Shown: positions 27,682 through 43,573 of the stretch, piece by piece | Layout: every line of letters starts with the position of its first letter | Position numbering within the stretch: the first letter of the stretch is position 1 | Source: Amoebidium appalachense | Lineage: Eukaryota > Protista > Ichthyosporea | Direction: 5' to 3' | NCBI GenBank assembly: GCA_963693365.1 | Contig: CAVNZM010000003.1 | Location: 2,333,908 to 2,397,907 of the forward strand | DNA: 64,000 bases | Made by a program: the position numbers and the translations under genes | Notes under the pieces: generated by a model | Database searches by the model: none | What the model saw: the letters and a program-made list of their open reading frames with translations, nothing else | What the model was told of the DNA's origin: nothing

Positions 27682-29371
27682 TTAGCCCAAGGGAAGGGAT
27701 AGGAACTCGTGGACCCAGGAGGGGAAGGGGCAGGGCTCCGGTTGCAGGGAAGGTCGGAGTCGTCGGGCCCGGGGAAGTTGGTTACGAGAAATGGCATCGG
27801 CCAGATGGTTGAGGGGTCCTGGTAGGTAGGATGCCTGTAACGTAAATTGGTATTGCATTTCCATGCGGGTGATGAACCGAATAAGTTTGGCCATCACGGG
27901 GTGGGGGGAAGACCGGGAGTGCAGGTCAGACACAGCACCCGTGTTCAACGTCGCATAAAATACGGACATGGTGGGTGGACCAGGAGGGGGCCCAGAGGGC
28001 CACGGCGGCTGCGATGGCCAGGAGTTCGATGACGAAAGAACCGAGTTTACCCTCATGAGCATAGAGGGCTTGGGTGGAGGGGGACCAGGGCATGAAGAAC
28101 CATTGGTCGAGCCAGTGGCCTCCTAGACCCACCGATCCGGCAGCATCAGTGGCCAGGGTGGTGTATGTGGGGGGTGTGATGAGGTGCACCCCATTCCATG
28201 ATGTGAGGAACTGGTGCCATTCGGCTATGTCGGCCCGGGCGGCAGCAGTCAGTCGTATGTGGTGGTGGCCGGCAAGGTGTGGGTGGGTCCGGAGAAGGGC
28301 CCATAGGCGCTGGGAGAAGGCCCTCCCGGGGGGGGAACCAGCTGGGCACACCAGGTGAGTTTGCCGAGGAGGGACTGGAGGTCCCGAATGGTGATGGTGG
28401 GCTTTGGGTGGGAAGTGAGGTCGAGTAGGTCCGAGAGCTTGGAAGCCGGGATTCGTGCCTCCATGGCGATGGAGTCGAATTCGATACCGATGAAGACGAC
28501 ACGGGTAGCCGGGCCCTGCATCTTGTCTTCGGAGATGGCAATGTGCAGCTCTCGGCAGAGTTGCAGGAAGGTGGATAGGTGACGTTGGCACTGCTCTTGT
28601 GTGGGGGCGACTATAATCCAGTCGTCTACGTAGTGGCGGATGAGGGTAATACCGTGCTGGTGTGCCAGCCACTGTAGGGTGGCCGCGATCCGTTCCCAGA
28701 TGGCTGGGCTAGATTTCAGGCCGAAGGGCAGTCTGGTTTCAACGTAAAAATGCCCTTGCCATTTGAATGCCATTAAGTGGTGGTCTTCCGGTCGGATGGG
28801 CATGTGCCGGAAGGCAGCCTGCACATCTGCCACGGCCATGTAGCAGCCGGGGCCTGCGTCGAGAATGAGTTGGGTGACATCCCGGGCGCGAATGTACTGA
28901 AGTTCGTCGGGGTAGGTGATGCTGTCATTGACACTGCTACCCCGGGGCCAGGAGAGGTGGTGGATTCGACGGTACTTGGGGGGGTTCCCTTTCTTGGTAA
29001 CGGCGCCGATGGGGGAGGAGCGGTGGACCGGAAATTCGTCAAAGAATTGGGCCGGGGAGAGGGGGCCGCGCAGGTGGCCGAGGGCGACTTCTTTGGCAAT
29101 ATCCACCGTGATAGCGGCAGCTGCCTCCGGGGTGGTGGGTAGGTTGGGGCCCACCCGAGAGGTGGAGGGGCCGCGATAGCCGATGTCGACGCCGAATTCG
29201 ACATTGTGGAGGAGTTGTGTGGCGAATGGTTGGTCCGGGTAGGAGGCCAGCAGTTCCCGGAGGCGGGAGGTGTCAATGTGGTGCTGGGGCAGCGGGCGGG
29301 CCTCCGGGTCTGAGCCTCGGGGGAAGGGGGTGGTTAGCAAGGGTGGTGTACCCTTGGGGAGATCCCGGCAG

Positions 29372-29407
<36 letters not shown>

Positions 29408-29502
29408 CAGGGCCCCGGGGGGTTAGAGTAGGGCAGCTGGGCCCAAGTGAGGGTGGGCAGGGAGGGCAGCGGGGCCCTGTGCAGGGGAATGTGCCCGAGC
29501 AC
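27682..29502 (-). pseudogene. Ngaro pol (RT plus RNase H), frameshifted
   Basis: Motifs YRRIHHLSWP, DVQAAFRH, LPFGLKSSP, HYVDDW, ATDAAGSVGLGG, IELLA and NHLADAISR lie in three frames. The shifts may be homopolymer errors or real decay. Confidence 0.9.
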
Positions 29503-29797
29503 GCGGGGGTGTGGGCGGACACAGAGGTAGAAGAAGGGGGGGGAGGGAGTGCTAGGTGAGTGTAAGGGGGGGGGGGAGGCTCGTGGGATGGGGGGGGAGT
29601 AAAATTATGTGCAGTGGCCAGAATAAACGTCTTTGTGTAGGGACATTTATTCTTGACGCGCGCGGGCGCCGTAGTTGGCCTGCGAAATTTTGTACTCAGC
29701 CCTATTGGCCCGTTCTCCCGAGCTCCGTTTACCTGTACTCGTGTGTCCTAGCTCCTAACCCCTATGTTCTAGCTGTGTGTGTGGGTGTGCGCGAAGA

Positions 29798-30956
29798 CTA
29801 GGCATTGTGCTTGCAGTCTTTGCGGGGGTGTGTGCCAGAGCAGAGCGGGCACACGTGGGAGAAGGGGCAGGGCTGCTTAGCGCAGGACCGACCGTTAATG
29901 TGGAAATTCCTGCAGTGCGTCGCGGGTAGATCCACGGGTCGGGCCGGTTTTGCCGGGCCGGGTTGCGGGCCAGGGCGGTTAGGGGTTTGACCCCCGCCGG
30001 GCTTGTGGGGCGGCTTAAAGCCGTCAAGACCACAGCCGGGCTTGGGGTACATGGGGCAGGCAGCGCTGGGGTGGTCGGGGAAGCCACAGCGCTGACATGC
30101 GTCCGGGATGAGCAGAGTGGCTGGCAGGAGGAGATCCTGGTGGAGTTGGGCGAGCAGGTTGGGACACTCGATCGGAGCCCGACCCTGCTGGTGGGCAACG
30201 GTGCGGGCGTATACGTCATAGTTGTGGATCTGGGCCCACGGGTATCGGGTGCTGAGGCGAGTGATGTGCTGAGTCCAAAGTACGTCTTTGTCCGTGGGGA
30301 GGCCGAGGTGGTGCTTGGCGGCCATGTAATGGGTCGAAGCTTGGATCCAAATGACGAGTGAACGCAGGGGAACGGGTTTGTCTTGGCGAAAAGTCTCGAT
30401 GCTGCCGTCGTCGGCCATGCGCAGATGCTGACCTTTCTTGGATGGGGCCAGGAGGGCGGCGGGGGTGAACTTATACAGGTCGACGAAACGATTGGCGCGC
30501 AAATCTGCCAGCACATCCGCGGGGGGAAGCGGGAGTGTGCCCGGCTGAATGTCGCCAGTGTTCTCACCTGTGATGGGGGGCGCGGGCAGGGCAGGTAGGT
30601 CTAGGTCAGGGCCGAGATGCAGCCCCGGGGAAACCTCCCCGGGTGTGGAGGGCGCGGCGGGGGTCGCGGTTGGTGAGAGCAGCCAGGACGCCAGCCATCT
30701 GGGTGCTGATGGCGGTGAGGGCGGCCAGGACGGCGTCTTGAGAAGTCATCTGCGGGGACGGCGGGGCCTGAGGGGGGACTTCAGGAGTGGAGGGCAGAGT
30801 AGCCGGCGGGTCCGGGTCCGTGGTGGTATGGGCCGCTGGAGGCGCGTCAGTGTCCGCGGGAGCGTTGGTCAGCCTGTGGCGGAGGTCGCTGCGGGTCAGG
30901 CGCTTAGGTGCCGCGGCAGGGGCGGCGGCTGAGGCCTGGCGCTTTTTCGGCGGCAT
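29798..30956 (-). CDS. Ngaro gag-like ORF1 (frameshifted)
   Basis: Starts MPPKKR. Contains a CQRCGFPDHPSAAC knuckle and the C-terminal Cys/His finger CRNFH...C...CPFSHVCPLCSGTHPRKDC typical of DIRS/Ngaro ORF1. Confidence 0.75.
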
Positions 30957-31614
30957 GCTGACCGGCGTAGGGAAAGATAGGGAGAATGAAAAGGAATATA
31001 ATAGCTGTAAGGCTGTGGATGCTAAACACAGAAGATGTGTTTGTAGCTTGCTGATCTGCTAAAAACTGTCGTGCTTATATAGTCTAAGCCTACCGATCTG
31101 AGCCAATCAAAAATCGATCTAGTGATATGTGAAATCTGATCCGAGCCAATCATAACTCGGTCTAGTGATCTGTGGTATCTGATGTTTTGACTGGCTAATA
31201 GGTGCCCGTGTGCGGGCAGCCAACCGCTAACTGCTAAAACACGAAATGAAGCCTACATGGTTATGTTGGTACCGAACACCCATCCTACGTGTTTACCCAG
31301 AAAAAAATTTATGTCAATAATTTCCACAAATAAAACCCATATATATTTATGTTCGTCTCTATAAAGAAACTTATTTAAATACATATATTTCCTAATAGTC
31401 GACACTCTCAAAGTGAAGACACTTTGCAATAAACCGAATTCCATATATATCTATTGTCCAATCACAACACACATATATTAACAGACAGGAATGCACAACA
31501 CAATCTACAGATGTACTCGCTCGCGACTATTGGCGAGCCATCCTTTTTGAGAACAAAACTAGGCCATTTTGAAATAAAGGAAAGACAACGAGTGAGGCTA
31601 GCCAATCACGCTAC

Positions 31615-33466
<1,852 letters not shown>

Positions 33467-33681
33467 CATCAGCAAGCTTCCCGGCGGTATTGCCAATATT
33501 GTGAGGCTATTATCTATTGCCAATATCGTAACAATACCAGATTAATACTGAAGTAATATCAATTATCCATTGCCAATGTATTGCCAGTAGAGATTTTCTG
33601 TGGTAGAGACGCTATAGAAGTGTAATAGAACTGTAATATTGACGTAATATCGGCAACATATTGTGATATTATTGTCATACC

Positions 33682-36600
33682 TGTAAACAGTTGGACTAGT
33701 TAGGATAAGGCAGAGTACAACTGAATCAAAATAAAGACAGAGAACGGGTAGAAAGGCACACGCGGCCAAGTTGCTTTTACTATGGGCCGACTCAGTCTGT
33801 CTCAGACTTCACTGATGTGATCCCCGTACTGGGACGGCTTTGTTATATAGCCCCCAGGTTTCGGATCAAGGCCCAGGATTGCTTCATCCGCGGCCAGCGC
33901 GGGTGGCAACATGCCATTCGTGATTCTGGTGCGGTCCAAGCCAGTCAGACCTTCGTCCTATTTATGCAAACATCTTATTGGTTCACTTCGTTTATGTGGT
34001 ATGCAGCGGTAGAATCATACATGGTTCATTTCTTAGGTAAGATTGATTCCTATTGGTGTGGACATAATATTTATGTGATATTCATGACAAAGAACGAATT
34101 GTGTGCTAGTAGATCACATTCTTTAGTAAACATGTACAGTTCATGTGTACAGTTGTTTACACTCCCCCCCTTGTCGGGAGCCTGGTGGTGTCGTTAGACA
34201 AGCAAACCACCAGGCTGAGAGGCGATAAACAACCTTCAGCGAGAATTCTTGTGTGTGCCGAGCTGCTGGACAGAACAGAGCAAGGACGGTGGAATAGAGT
34301 TGTGCACGTCTATGAGCACTTCTTCATTTGCCAAAACGTAAATTCATGCAGCATTCTTCTGTGATTTCATTTTCGTGGCGAAGATTGTTGCAGAGTGTGC
34401 GTGCGAATAATTCGCTAAGCCTTCGTCTCTGTGCTTGGCTTTTCTGTAGAAGTAGTATTTTCCTTTTTGGGAATTTTTCCTTTTTAGGATACTCCCGCAG
34501 ATTCGTTTTCAATTGCGAGTAATTTGGTTGTGTGGATGAATGATCATACCAAACATTCGATTATGAATATAACTCGAGCCTTAGGTCACTTCGTAGCTCA
34601 GGTAGTGGTGGATAGCTTCAAGGCTTAGCCGCTGCTCCTTATCCCGGTTCTACCTTAAGACTGTAAGGCGAGTCACCATGGCCGGAAAAGCCACTTCTTT
34701 CATGAACAAAGAGCACTTCTTTCCTTTCAGCTTTAACCCTGCATCATCGGAGCTGGGAAAAACAGAATACAAATGCCCCAAGTGTTCTTCGTTGGGCGAC
34801 ATAAAGAAATATATCAGCCCGTCAGAATTCGAACCAGTAAAAACCCGGTTCATAATTCATAAGAAGAGGGTAGGCAAAGCAAACCTTCTTCAGAAAACAC
34901 ATGCTTCCATTCGTGAGCAGTTTTCGTATCCCATTTGCCAGCCATTTTTCGTTGAGCAGGGGGATTCCAGGCATAATACATTCTTCTGGAGGCTTGGCCT
35001 AAAAAGAAAAGTCGTCAGAGTCGCCCTTTCTTTTGTAAGCAACTTCGTGAGCGCGCTTCGTATCTTCATATCCTCCAGTGCAGGTCTGGATGGTGCCCCA
35101 TCCTCTGCTTCATTTGTAGGTGGCCCTACTGTAGGTTCTGTTCGTTGTGTGGAATACCAAAACCATTCGTATTCGTGGAACTGCTTTGTGCTGTGCTTGC
35201 TTTCGTGTTGGTGTTCATGTAGTTACCCCATTCACACACCTACTACTTTCATACATCAGACGTAAGTAGCTGCCTGGGGGGTGTGTGGTTCGTGTTCGTG
35301 GCATTCTTCTGTTCCTTCGTGAGAAGAATATTCGTTTTAGCAGAGGTGCCCAATAAGGCAGCTTGTGGGGTTGTCTCCCGCATGTGCCCATTGGTGGGGT
35401 ATGCACGTGCTAAATTGTTACAGTGTCATCATATTGCAAGGGAATAACATGGTCACCTCCGTACCAGGGCCTAGGTACACATGATGGTCCGATGTGTTAG
35501 TCAACAACACCTTGCATTCGTATTCGTATTCGTCTTCCACGTCACTTTCTTCAGTAGTGAAGGAGGGTATTCGTAATTCGAAACTGAAAGGCTTCCAGCC
35601 AAAATACTGACACTGTATGCTGGGGTTGTGAGGGAACGGTGCCCATACCACATTCTTTTGTTCTGGTGGGGGTGTGCCGGCAGCTAGTGCAAGGCTTGAC
35701 AGTGTAATTGGTATGTTACACAGTATTGCCACAGACGGGCATTCACCTTAAAATTCGTACCCAACACCTTCTTTGTTTTTCACATGCATGAACAAAAGTT
35801 CTGCATCGACTTTATTACATGCCTTTTGTGCACCAAGAGTGCAAATTCGTTAGGGCGTGGCACCAGGAAGGGCCGCCATACATGAGGCATATGTTCGTAA
35901 TGTGTTTAGGCATGCCAGCATACATTCATGCGCATGTTGTGCATCCTGTGCGCTAAACTATGGGGCATGCTGTATTCGAAAACAGCAAGAAATTCGAAGC
36001 ATGCATGCAAAACTACTTTCACAGCACCTTATGTCCTCAATGCTATAGGAACAGCGACTATCTTCTTCTTTAAATGCATTCGTGCTGAAAGTGGCCGTGC
36101 ATCTGGCTTGCGAGTGTGGAGGTGCATGCGGTGGCATGGACACGATGACAGTGTGCAATAGCGCAATGCACGCAAGGGCAACGGTTTTCTTTTCTTCGTA
36201 ACATAGAAGGGGCTGTGTGCATTGCAACCCAAGCAGTGTTGTGCATTCGTTCTTTCATTTTCGTATTTCCATTTCATTTTGCTTTCGTTTTTCGTTTTTT
36301 GTCGTTTGATAACTTCGTTACTTCGTTTTGTTTTCGTGTTGCATTCATTTCGTATTTCCTCTATGCAATCGTTTGTCGTTAATTCTTTATTTCATTGCGT
36401 ATTCGTGATGGTTCGTTTTTCGTTGGTTCATTGCTTCGTTAGCAATTCTTTATTCGTTTGTTCGTGTATTCGTTGTTTCGTTGTGTATTCGTTTTTCTTC
36501 ACATTTTTGATGTGTCGTAGCAAAAGAAGTTTTACATGCTTTCAATTCTTTCCATGTAGGTGGGCTGGCCACTTCAAACTTGTAGGTGTATATATTCTAA

Positions 36601-37235
36601 GCCGGACAAGGAAAGATGTGCCTATCATCGGGGTAAAAAGGATTGTGATCGGCCATGGGAGATTCTTGAGCTGATTGAAAGATGTGAGATTCTTGAACTG
36701 ATTGAAAGATGTGAGATTCGAAGGATGCGAGATTCTTGAACTGCGCGGTCGCCAATGTAAACAGTTGGACTAGTTAGGATAAGGCAGAGTACAACTGAAT
36801 CAAAATAAAGACAGAGAACGGGTAGAAAGGCACACGCGGCCAAGTTGCTTTTACTATGGGCCGACTCAGTCTGTCTCAGACTTCACTGATGTGATCCCCG
36901 TACTGGGACGGCTTTGTTATATAGCCCCCAGGTTTCGGATCAAGGCCCAGGATTGCTTCATCCGCGGCCAGCGCGGGTGGCAACATGCCATTCGTGATTC
37001 TGGTGCGGTCCAAGCCAGTCAGACCTTCGTCCTATTTATGCAAACATCTTATTGGTTCACTTCGTTTATGTGGTATGCAGCGGTAGAATCATACATGGTT
37101 CATTTCTTAGGTAAGATTGATTCCTATTGGTGTGGACATAATATTTATGTGATATTCATGACAAAGAACGAATTGTGTGCTAGTAGATCACATTCTTTAG
37201 TAAACATGTACAGTTCATGTGTACAGTTGTTTACA
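33682..37235 (-). mobile_element. Non-autonomous Gypsy-derived LTR element
   Basis: 480-bp TGTAAACA...TGTTTACA LTRs at 33682-34161 and 36756-37235. TSD ATACC (empty site in copy A at ~18413). PBS TGGCGACCGCGCAG (tRNA-Arg-like 3' end), PPT AAGGGGGGGAG, and RT remnant EEHLGHL...GLKLKGKKCSLF. Confidence 0.9.
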
Positions 37236-38547
37236 ATACCATGCCGGGTCTACCACCAATAACTATATACCGTATGAGTAATGTACTGGCAATATCTCCA
37301 AACGCGTGTACGTGTGCCTATTAACAATACAATTGCGATATTGTCAATGTATTTATTCGGTATTATACTATTGCTTGCGGAGTATTGTCAATAAGTTATG
37401 AATATATAAAATGTAGGATAATTTTGTGTCAAATTATGGTATTGTCCAACGTGGCAAGACTATTGCCAATATATTATGAATGTATTATTCCTGACCATTT
37501 TGGGTTATTGGCAATATACCCAACACATATGTCCCATATGGCCGATACAAACATATCGTCGCTATTGGTTATAGGGTTGTGATATGCTTATAATAGGATC
37601 TCAATTCGGTCCAAATGTATGGCCAATGTATCCGTCACAATATCAAGACTATTATGCACCTATTATCAATAGGTAAAAGCAACCGAAAATATGGGGCGTG
37701 TATTTTATTGCCAATATATTGGTACAATATTGGGGATGAAAGAACAGGTCACTTTACCTATGTAGTTGCAATATTGTGAATGTATTGCCAACACATGTTC
37801 AACAAACATATTCGGAGTGTAGTCCTTGTATGCGCAGTACATTGCTAATACCGTGGTATTAGGGTGGACATATACTGATATTATGTAGATCACATCCTAC
37901 CCATATCACATCCATATTAGTAGGACATAAACATGATATAGCAAGAAAACTTTTATCCTATTGCGAATATCTAAGGCACAAGTGGTATTGGCAATGTCGC
38001 GAATACATCTATAATACTGTCACCAATACGGACACAGCTAAGGACACCATATATTGGTTATAGTCTCAGTATATACTGCCAGTATGTTCGAATGCGAACA
38101 AATCATTACGTAGGAGGTACTATCAATATACTACCAGTACCGGTACGATATACACACATCATATACAATACATTTGCAGTATAATATGGGTGCATTTCCG
38201 TACCAAGATTGAGAAGGGCAACGGCCATAACAAGTGGTCCTCACGTTTTTAGCACCTCAAAATATAAAAGTTCTTTGTTTTGAATACTGTTCCTGGGGAA
38301 GATGTTCCCGTGGTCCGTGGTACAAACGTCACCGAACGTCCTACCATTAAACCTTTCACCAGCCTACATCCTGTGTAAGCGGTAGGGTATAAAACTTGAA
38401 GTAGCATAAAGGATAATACAGGAAAGTAATGACACCCCCCCCCCCCCCCCCAAACAACCGTGAAATACGGGCAAGTACGGCATACATACGGAATAAATAA
38501 TTCAACTCTTGGGAATGTATTCCCTGTGGTACAGGCAATGACATACA

Positions 38548-39655
38548 TTACATATTCACATATTTGTTCTCAACATATTGCTGAGGACCATTTCCTGTGC
38601 GTGTCAGAGGGATGCAGTGAAATGTTCCCAGGATAGTCTCCACATCGATGATGTCAAACTCGGGTTCCCGGCTGTTTCTGCGTGGATCCCTCAGTCTCAC
38701 ACAGTCTGTTGCTGCATCAAAACCATCCCTCTCGAAATAACGCACAAACAACCGTCGCAGCGTTTTGTCTTCATGGGTGCACGTGAAGAAAAACAGGGCC
38801 CGTGCGTACCACTCCTCACCCTCCACGCCAGAGTTAATAACAATGGCATCAAACCGTTCTCGTCCATAGAATGACCCGTTCGCTACCACCCTATGCCACA
38901 GCCCGACGGATTCCAGCTTGATATAACAGCTGTTATATGGGGTGATGAGCAATGAGGAGGGTTGTTCGAGTTCTTCTCGGAGAGGGCGCTCATTCCGGGG
39001 CACACAAGGGGAGATTCTACTGAGGTGGAGCTGAAGTTGAACTGGAAGGTCCTTCAGGTCGGGGTATTTCAGGAGCAGATCGTGGGGGACACGTGCGTCT
39101 TGGTCGTCATGCAGATCGGTTGTAGCAAAAAAACGATCCAGCTCACCAAGGTGGATGGGGTTTTGAGGCCCTGTTGGCACAGCAAGAGGTGAATGAGTGA
39201 GGTATCCCTGGTAGATAAGCAATCAAAAAAAATGAGAGAGTGAGAGGGCCACAGACAGAGACAGAGAGAGAGACAGACAGAGAGAGAGAATGAGAGAGAG
39301 AGAGATTGAGGTGAGAGCAGAAATGCATGTCACTGTTATAAACAATATATGCAAACATATGCACCGAATATCATCAATACATGTTTTGTGTATTGTCCAT
39401 GTTGGCCATAGCACAGTTATAGTAACATAACAACGAAGACACAGTCATGGCTGTATGGTAAATATACACGGCATACCATGAGGCTACTGGATATGTATTT
39501 ACATATGTTGGGCATATCAGACAGACAGTGATTGCAGTATGGACAATATACTCGTGATACCACGTGGAAATTGTGCATGTATTGTACATGTGTTGGGCAT
39601 ATCTGACAGACAGAGAGAGAGACAAAGGGAGAGAGACATGCATGACAGGGGGAGT

Positions 39656-39686
<31 letters not shown>

Positions 39687-40160
39687 GGGGGGCTTCATAA
39701 GTACGAAGTACACATAAACAACGGGTAACACGATGCAGAGATCAAACCATACAGGGGGAGGGGGGGGGGGGGGATTTAAAGGGTGAGGGGGGGGGGGGGA
39801 GGGGGTTCTTACCTAACATCTGGATCGATCCCTCTGCTGAATTCACACTTTCATCCACCCCCACGGCTTGGGCATGAATTGGGTCCTCACCCTCATTATC
39901 TGCTGCATCGTCTTCAACCTGAAAGACCTCCATCATGTCGTTCAGCACAAACGCTCCGTCTGCCCGGCCCCTCTCCTGATTTAAAATGGAAAGCACAGCG
40001 TCACGAACCTGGCGGTGCAAATCCATCGCATCCCAGCGGCTGATCTTGATCGTGATCTGTGCAGGTATTGTCAGCATTGTTGGTTGTTCCCTTCCAAACG
40101 GCTTTTCCTGACAGATCATTCTTGAGAGACGGAGACAGATAGAGAGGGAAAGACGTGCTT
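38548..40160 (-). pseudogene. Plavaka transposase C-terminal exons (approximately 40160-39812 and 39207-38548)
   Basis: Motifs ANGSFYGRERFDAIVI, YARALFFF, LFVRYF, IIDVETILGTFHCIP and YVENKY match the Plavaka C-terminal pattern as I recall it. The upstream exon (KAVWKGTTNN / QITIKISRWDAM) is frameshifted. Confidence 0.7.
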
Positions 40161-40247
40161 CCGCAAAAAAGAAAAGAAAAGGAGGGGGGGGGGGGGGGGG
40201 GGGGAATAGGGGGAGAGAGAGGGAGAGAGGGAGAGTGAGAGAGAGGG

Positions 40248-40314
<67 letters not shown>

Positions 40315-40339
40315 GAGAGAGAGACAGAAAGTGACAGAG

Positions 40340-40431
<92 letters not shown>

Positions 40432-40436
40432 TAGAG

Positions 40437-40467
<31 letters not shown>

Positions 40468-41257
40468 CGGAGAGAGAGGGAGAGACAGAGAGTGGGATAG
40501 AGAGGGGAGGAGAGGGAGGGGGGGAGAGAGATGGTTCAAGAGAGAGACACATAAGGAGGCATACAGTTTGTGGGGGGGGGGGGGGGGGGGGGGTCTAAAG
40601 CACCTGCATGATGTACGAAGCATTCCTCAGTCGCACCATGTCCGGCTCCCGATCACATCAAAACCACATGTAATCGGTGATTAGGCTGCATGATTCTGCA
40701 AATTCCGCATTAAGTCAACCAATAGGCACATTAGACCGCACCAGAACCCATAGAGATGACCAATCAGAGTAGACATTCCGCGCATTTTTGTCAGGTTAAA
40801 ATTTAAGTAGCACAGGTCGCCACGAAAACTGGTCGGAAACACGTGAAAACGTGTTTTCTAGCTCCTCTAGTCCAACGGAGAACTCCTAGCACACCTAACA
40901 GCCGGGCCCAGAAAAACTCAAGCGGATAGAGGTACACGTTAGCTACAGGGGACACTAAAAGCCGTCCCTGTAGGCCGGCGGGCACGGGAGTTACGCGCCG
41001 GAAAGGAGCCCCCCCTTTTTTTTTTCCCTGCACTTGACACAAAACCAACGTTTCCTCTTTCAGTGGTAGTGACCTTTGTCTGGGGGGAAAAACATTAACG
41101 GCACAGAATTCACACACACAGTAGCAGAGTAGAACGCGCACAGAGTAGCCGTATCCACAGATACCAGCATCCTGCACTCACCCTTTTCGCACACACAAAG
41201 TCAATAACCATCTAGCAAATAAACGCTACCCAAAACATAGCTGCACCCACCCCCACC

Positions 41258-43383
41258 ATGGAAAACCACATGGAGCTAGACGGGGACACGTCCCTCACTG
41301 CAATATCCACCTTAAACCCACCCACACCCAATCACACGGATAGGGCAACCGAGTCGGTAGAAACCACACAACCGATGGGGGAAAGCATGGGGGTGGGAGC
41401 GAACCCTCATCATCCCCCGGGCTCTGGAGGAAACGAGCGCTTGTCGGGCAAAAGAGGAAAGGAGGAAACAGAGGAGATGGAGAGGTCTACCTCACGCAGG
41501 ACGGACTATGCCATACCAGGTAAAACTAACGCCCCCACCCTTTCCATACTGTGTCCCCTGCCAGCAGACGACGGACACTCTGAAGCGGGCTGGTTGGCTC
41601 GGGTGTATGACTTCGTCAGCACCCAGAACCTAGCAAACAGGTACCTGGTGCACAACCGAAACCAACGGGGCATAGAGATCATGGTAGGCACAGAAGCAGA
41701 GTGGGAGGCACTAGTCACAGCACTGGTGGGGGAGGGCATTTTACATGCCCCCCCACCCCACCCCTCCATCCGCCCGAACCCCACACGGTACATGGTCCTA
41801 ATCCCGAATAGAACGGTAGAAACGTGCAATTTTCCGAGGATAGGACGAGCAAGTGACGTGGCAACCGTGCTATATGCCATAGACCTTCACCCAGTGACCG
41901 TAACCTGGCTCCCCCCAAACCCCAACTTCCGTATCGCCAGGGAGCACTGGGCGTATGAGGGTAATTATGAGGTGGTTTTTCCGGACGACGAACACCATAG
42001 GAAACGCATAATAAATCTCCGAGAACACTTTAGGGTCAACCGGACCTCTCTAGTGGAGGAAACATACATGACGGCGGCCCCTGCAATGCACAGGCACCGG
42101 GCCTGGGCTATCACCACACCCGGCTTAAACGAGGACACACGCCCCCCCATCTCGAGGGGTACGATCATCGCCTCTATGAGAACACCAACCCCACCCCCCG
42201 TGTGGTGGACACCCCTCCCGAGTGGCCCCAGGCCCGACCCTTTCCGACACAGGAGGGGGGGGGGGAGGAGTCAGAGGCAGTTCTGTTGCTAATCCCCATC
42301 CCACAGCCTCACATGTGTGGGTTGTGTTGGGAGCAATCCCACAAACTAACAGACACAGAGTGCCCGTTTGTTCAGTGCCTAACCTGTCGGGAGGTGGGGC
42401 ACGAACCGGATGAGTGCCCCAAAAACCGCACCAGCTGTCCGTACTGTAACCGGCCGTTACACGTACACGGAAACCCCAGTAACCCCATCGCCACATGCCT
42501 GCAACGCCGCCGAAACTGCGGTAACTGTGGGGAACTGGGCCACCCCGCATATAAATGCCAACGGAAACCCCTTTTCGCACCGGGTATTATCGTGTTGGTG
42601 GGCTTGAGTAGTCTAGACCCACCTGACGACTCTTTCGTCGCCACCGTGATTGAGTGGCGGGACTATGTACACGTCCAGGCACTCCGCCAGGCACTCACGT
42701 ACTCCGGCCTTGGCCCCCCCGGGGAGGGGGCCACCCGGGAGGGTAGAGCCGGCAGAGCCCCAGAGGTGAATAAGTGTAGGGTCACAGGGCACCACTTCAT
42801 CACCATGCCCATCCCCGTAAGCCACACGGACTACCCATACCTCCGGGACCACCCGGAGGGAATACTTCTGTCGTTTAATACCGGGGCACCAAGCCCCCGC
42901 GAATACACAGTACGTGCCCGCCTCACCACCGTGGACAGGGCGACCGTGCTCCTCGACCACCCGCGGCTAGGGCAGAGCACACATCCCACAGACAACACAC
43001 CACCACTCGAGGCCCCAGACGAAGACGACCAATCATTGGCCTCCGCGCCGTCGCACCAGCCCTACCAGGCCCCGTCCCCACCTCCGCCGGTGTCGCCCAC
43101 AGGGGACCCCGTGGCGGACCTGACGGCTCGAGTAAACCGGCTCGAACTACAGTTGGCCAGCCAGGGGGCCACCATACACAACGTGCACCGTGAGGTGCAG
43201 GATACGACTGCCCAGCTGAGGGGTATGGAGCAGTCGATGGTTAGCATGCTCGAACGGCTAGGGGACCGCCTTGCCCTCACACTGGAAGCCCGTTTGGGCG
43301 GGGCTAGGGGGGGGGGGGGGGGGGAGGGGGGGGAGAGCACTCTACCCCAGAGACCCGAGACCCCCAAGCCACCGAGCCATTGA
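41258..43383 (+). CDS. LINE ORF1 (gag-like, several CCHC knuckles, coiled coil); frameshift at the G tract near 42255
   Basis: CLTCREVGHEPDEC and CGNCGELGHPAYKC knuckles; coiled coil LTARVNRLELQL. Confidence 0.8.
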
Positions 43384-43573
43384 GGCCCACAGAGGCACAA
43401 CACCCCAACAGCGGCGCCCCCCCCCAACCAAGGCGGGGGCCCCCAGGGGCCCCCTCACAACGCCAACCCACACAGCCCACACGCCCATCCACACCACACA
43501 GGTCCTCGGTTAACTCGACACGGGGAACTGACCAAGGTGCCCGTCCCCCATCGCATGGGGACGGGCAGGCATA

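Larger units (their letters stand above)
19529..31337 (-). mobile_element. Ngaro-like (DIRS order) tyrosine-recombinase retrotransposon with split direct repeats
   Basis: Order on the - strand: A1 (30987-31337), gag, RT/RNase H, YR, B1 (20097-20185), A2 (19748-20096), B2 (19529-19617). No TSD and no room for a methyltransferase domain. Confidence 0.9.
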
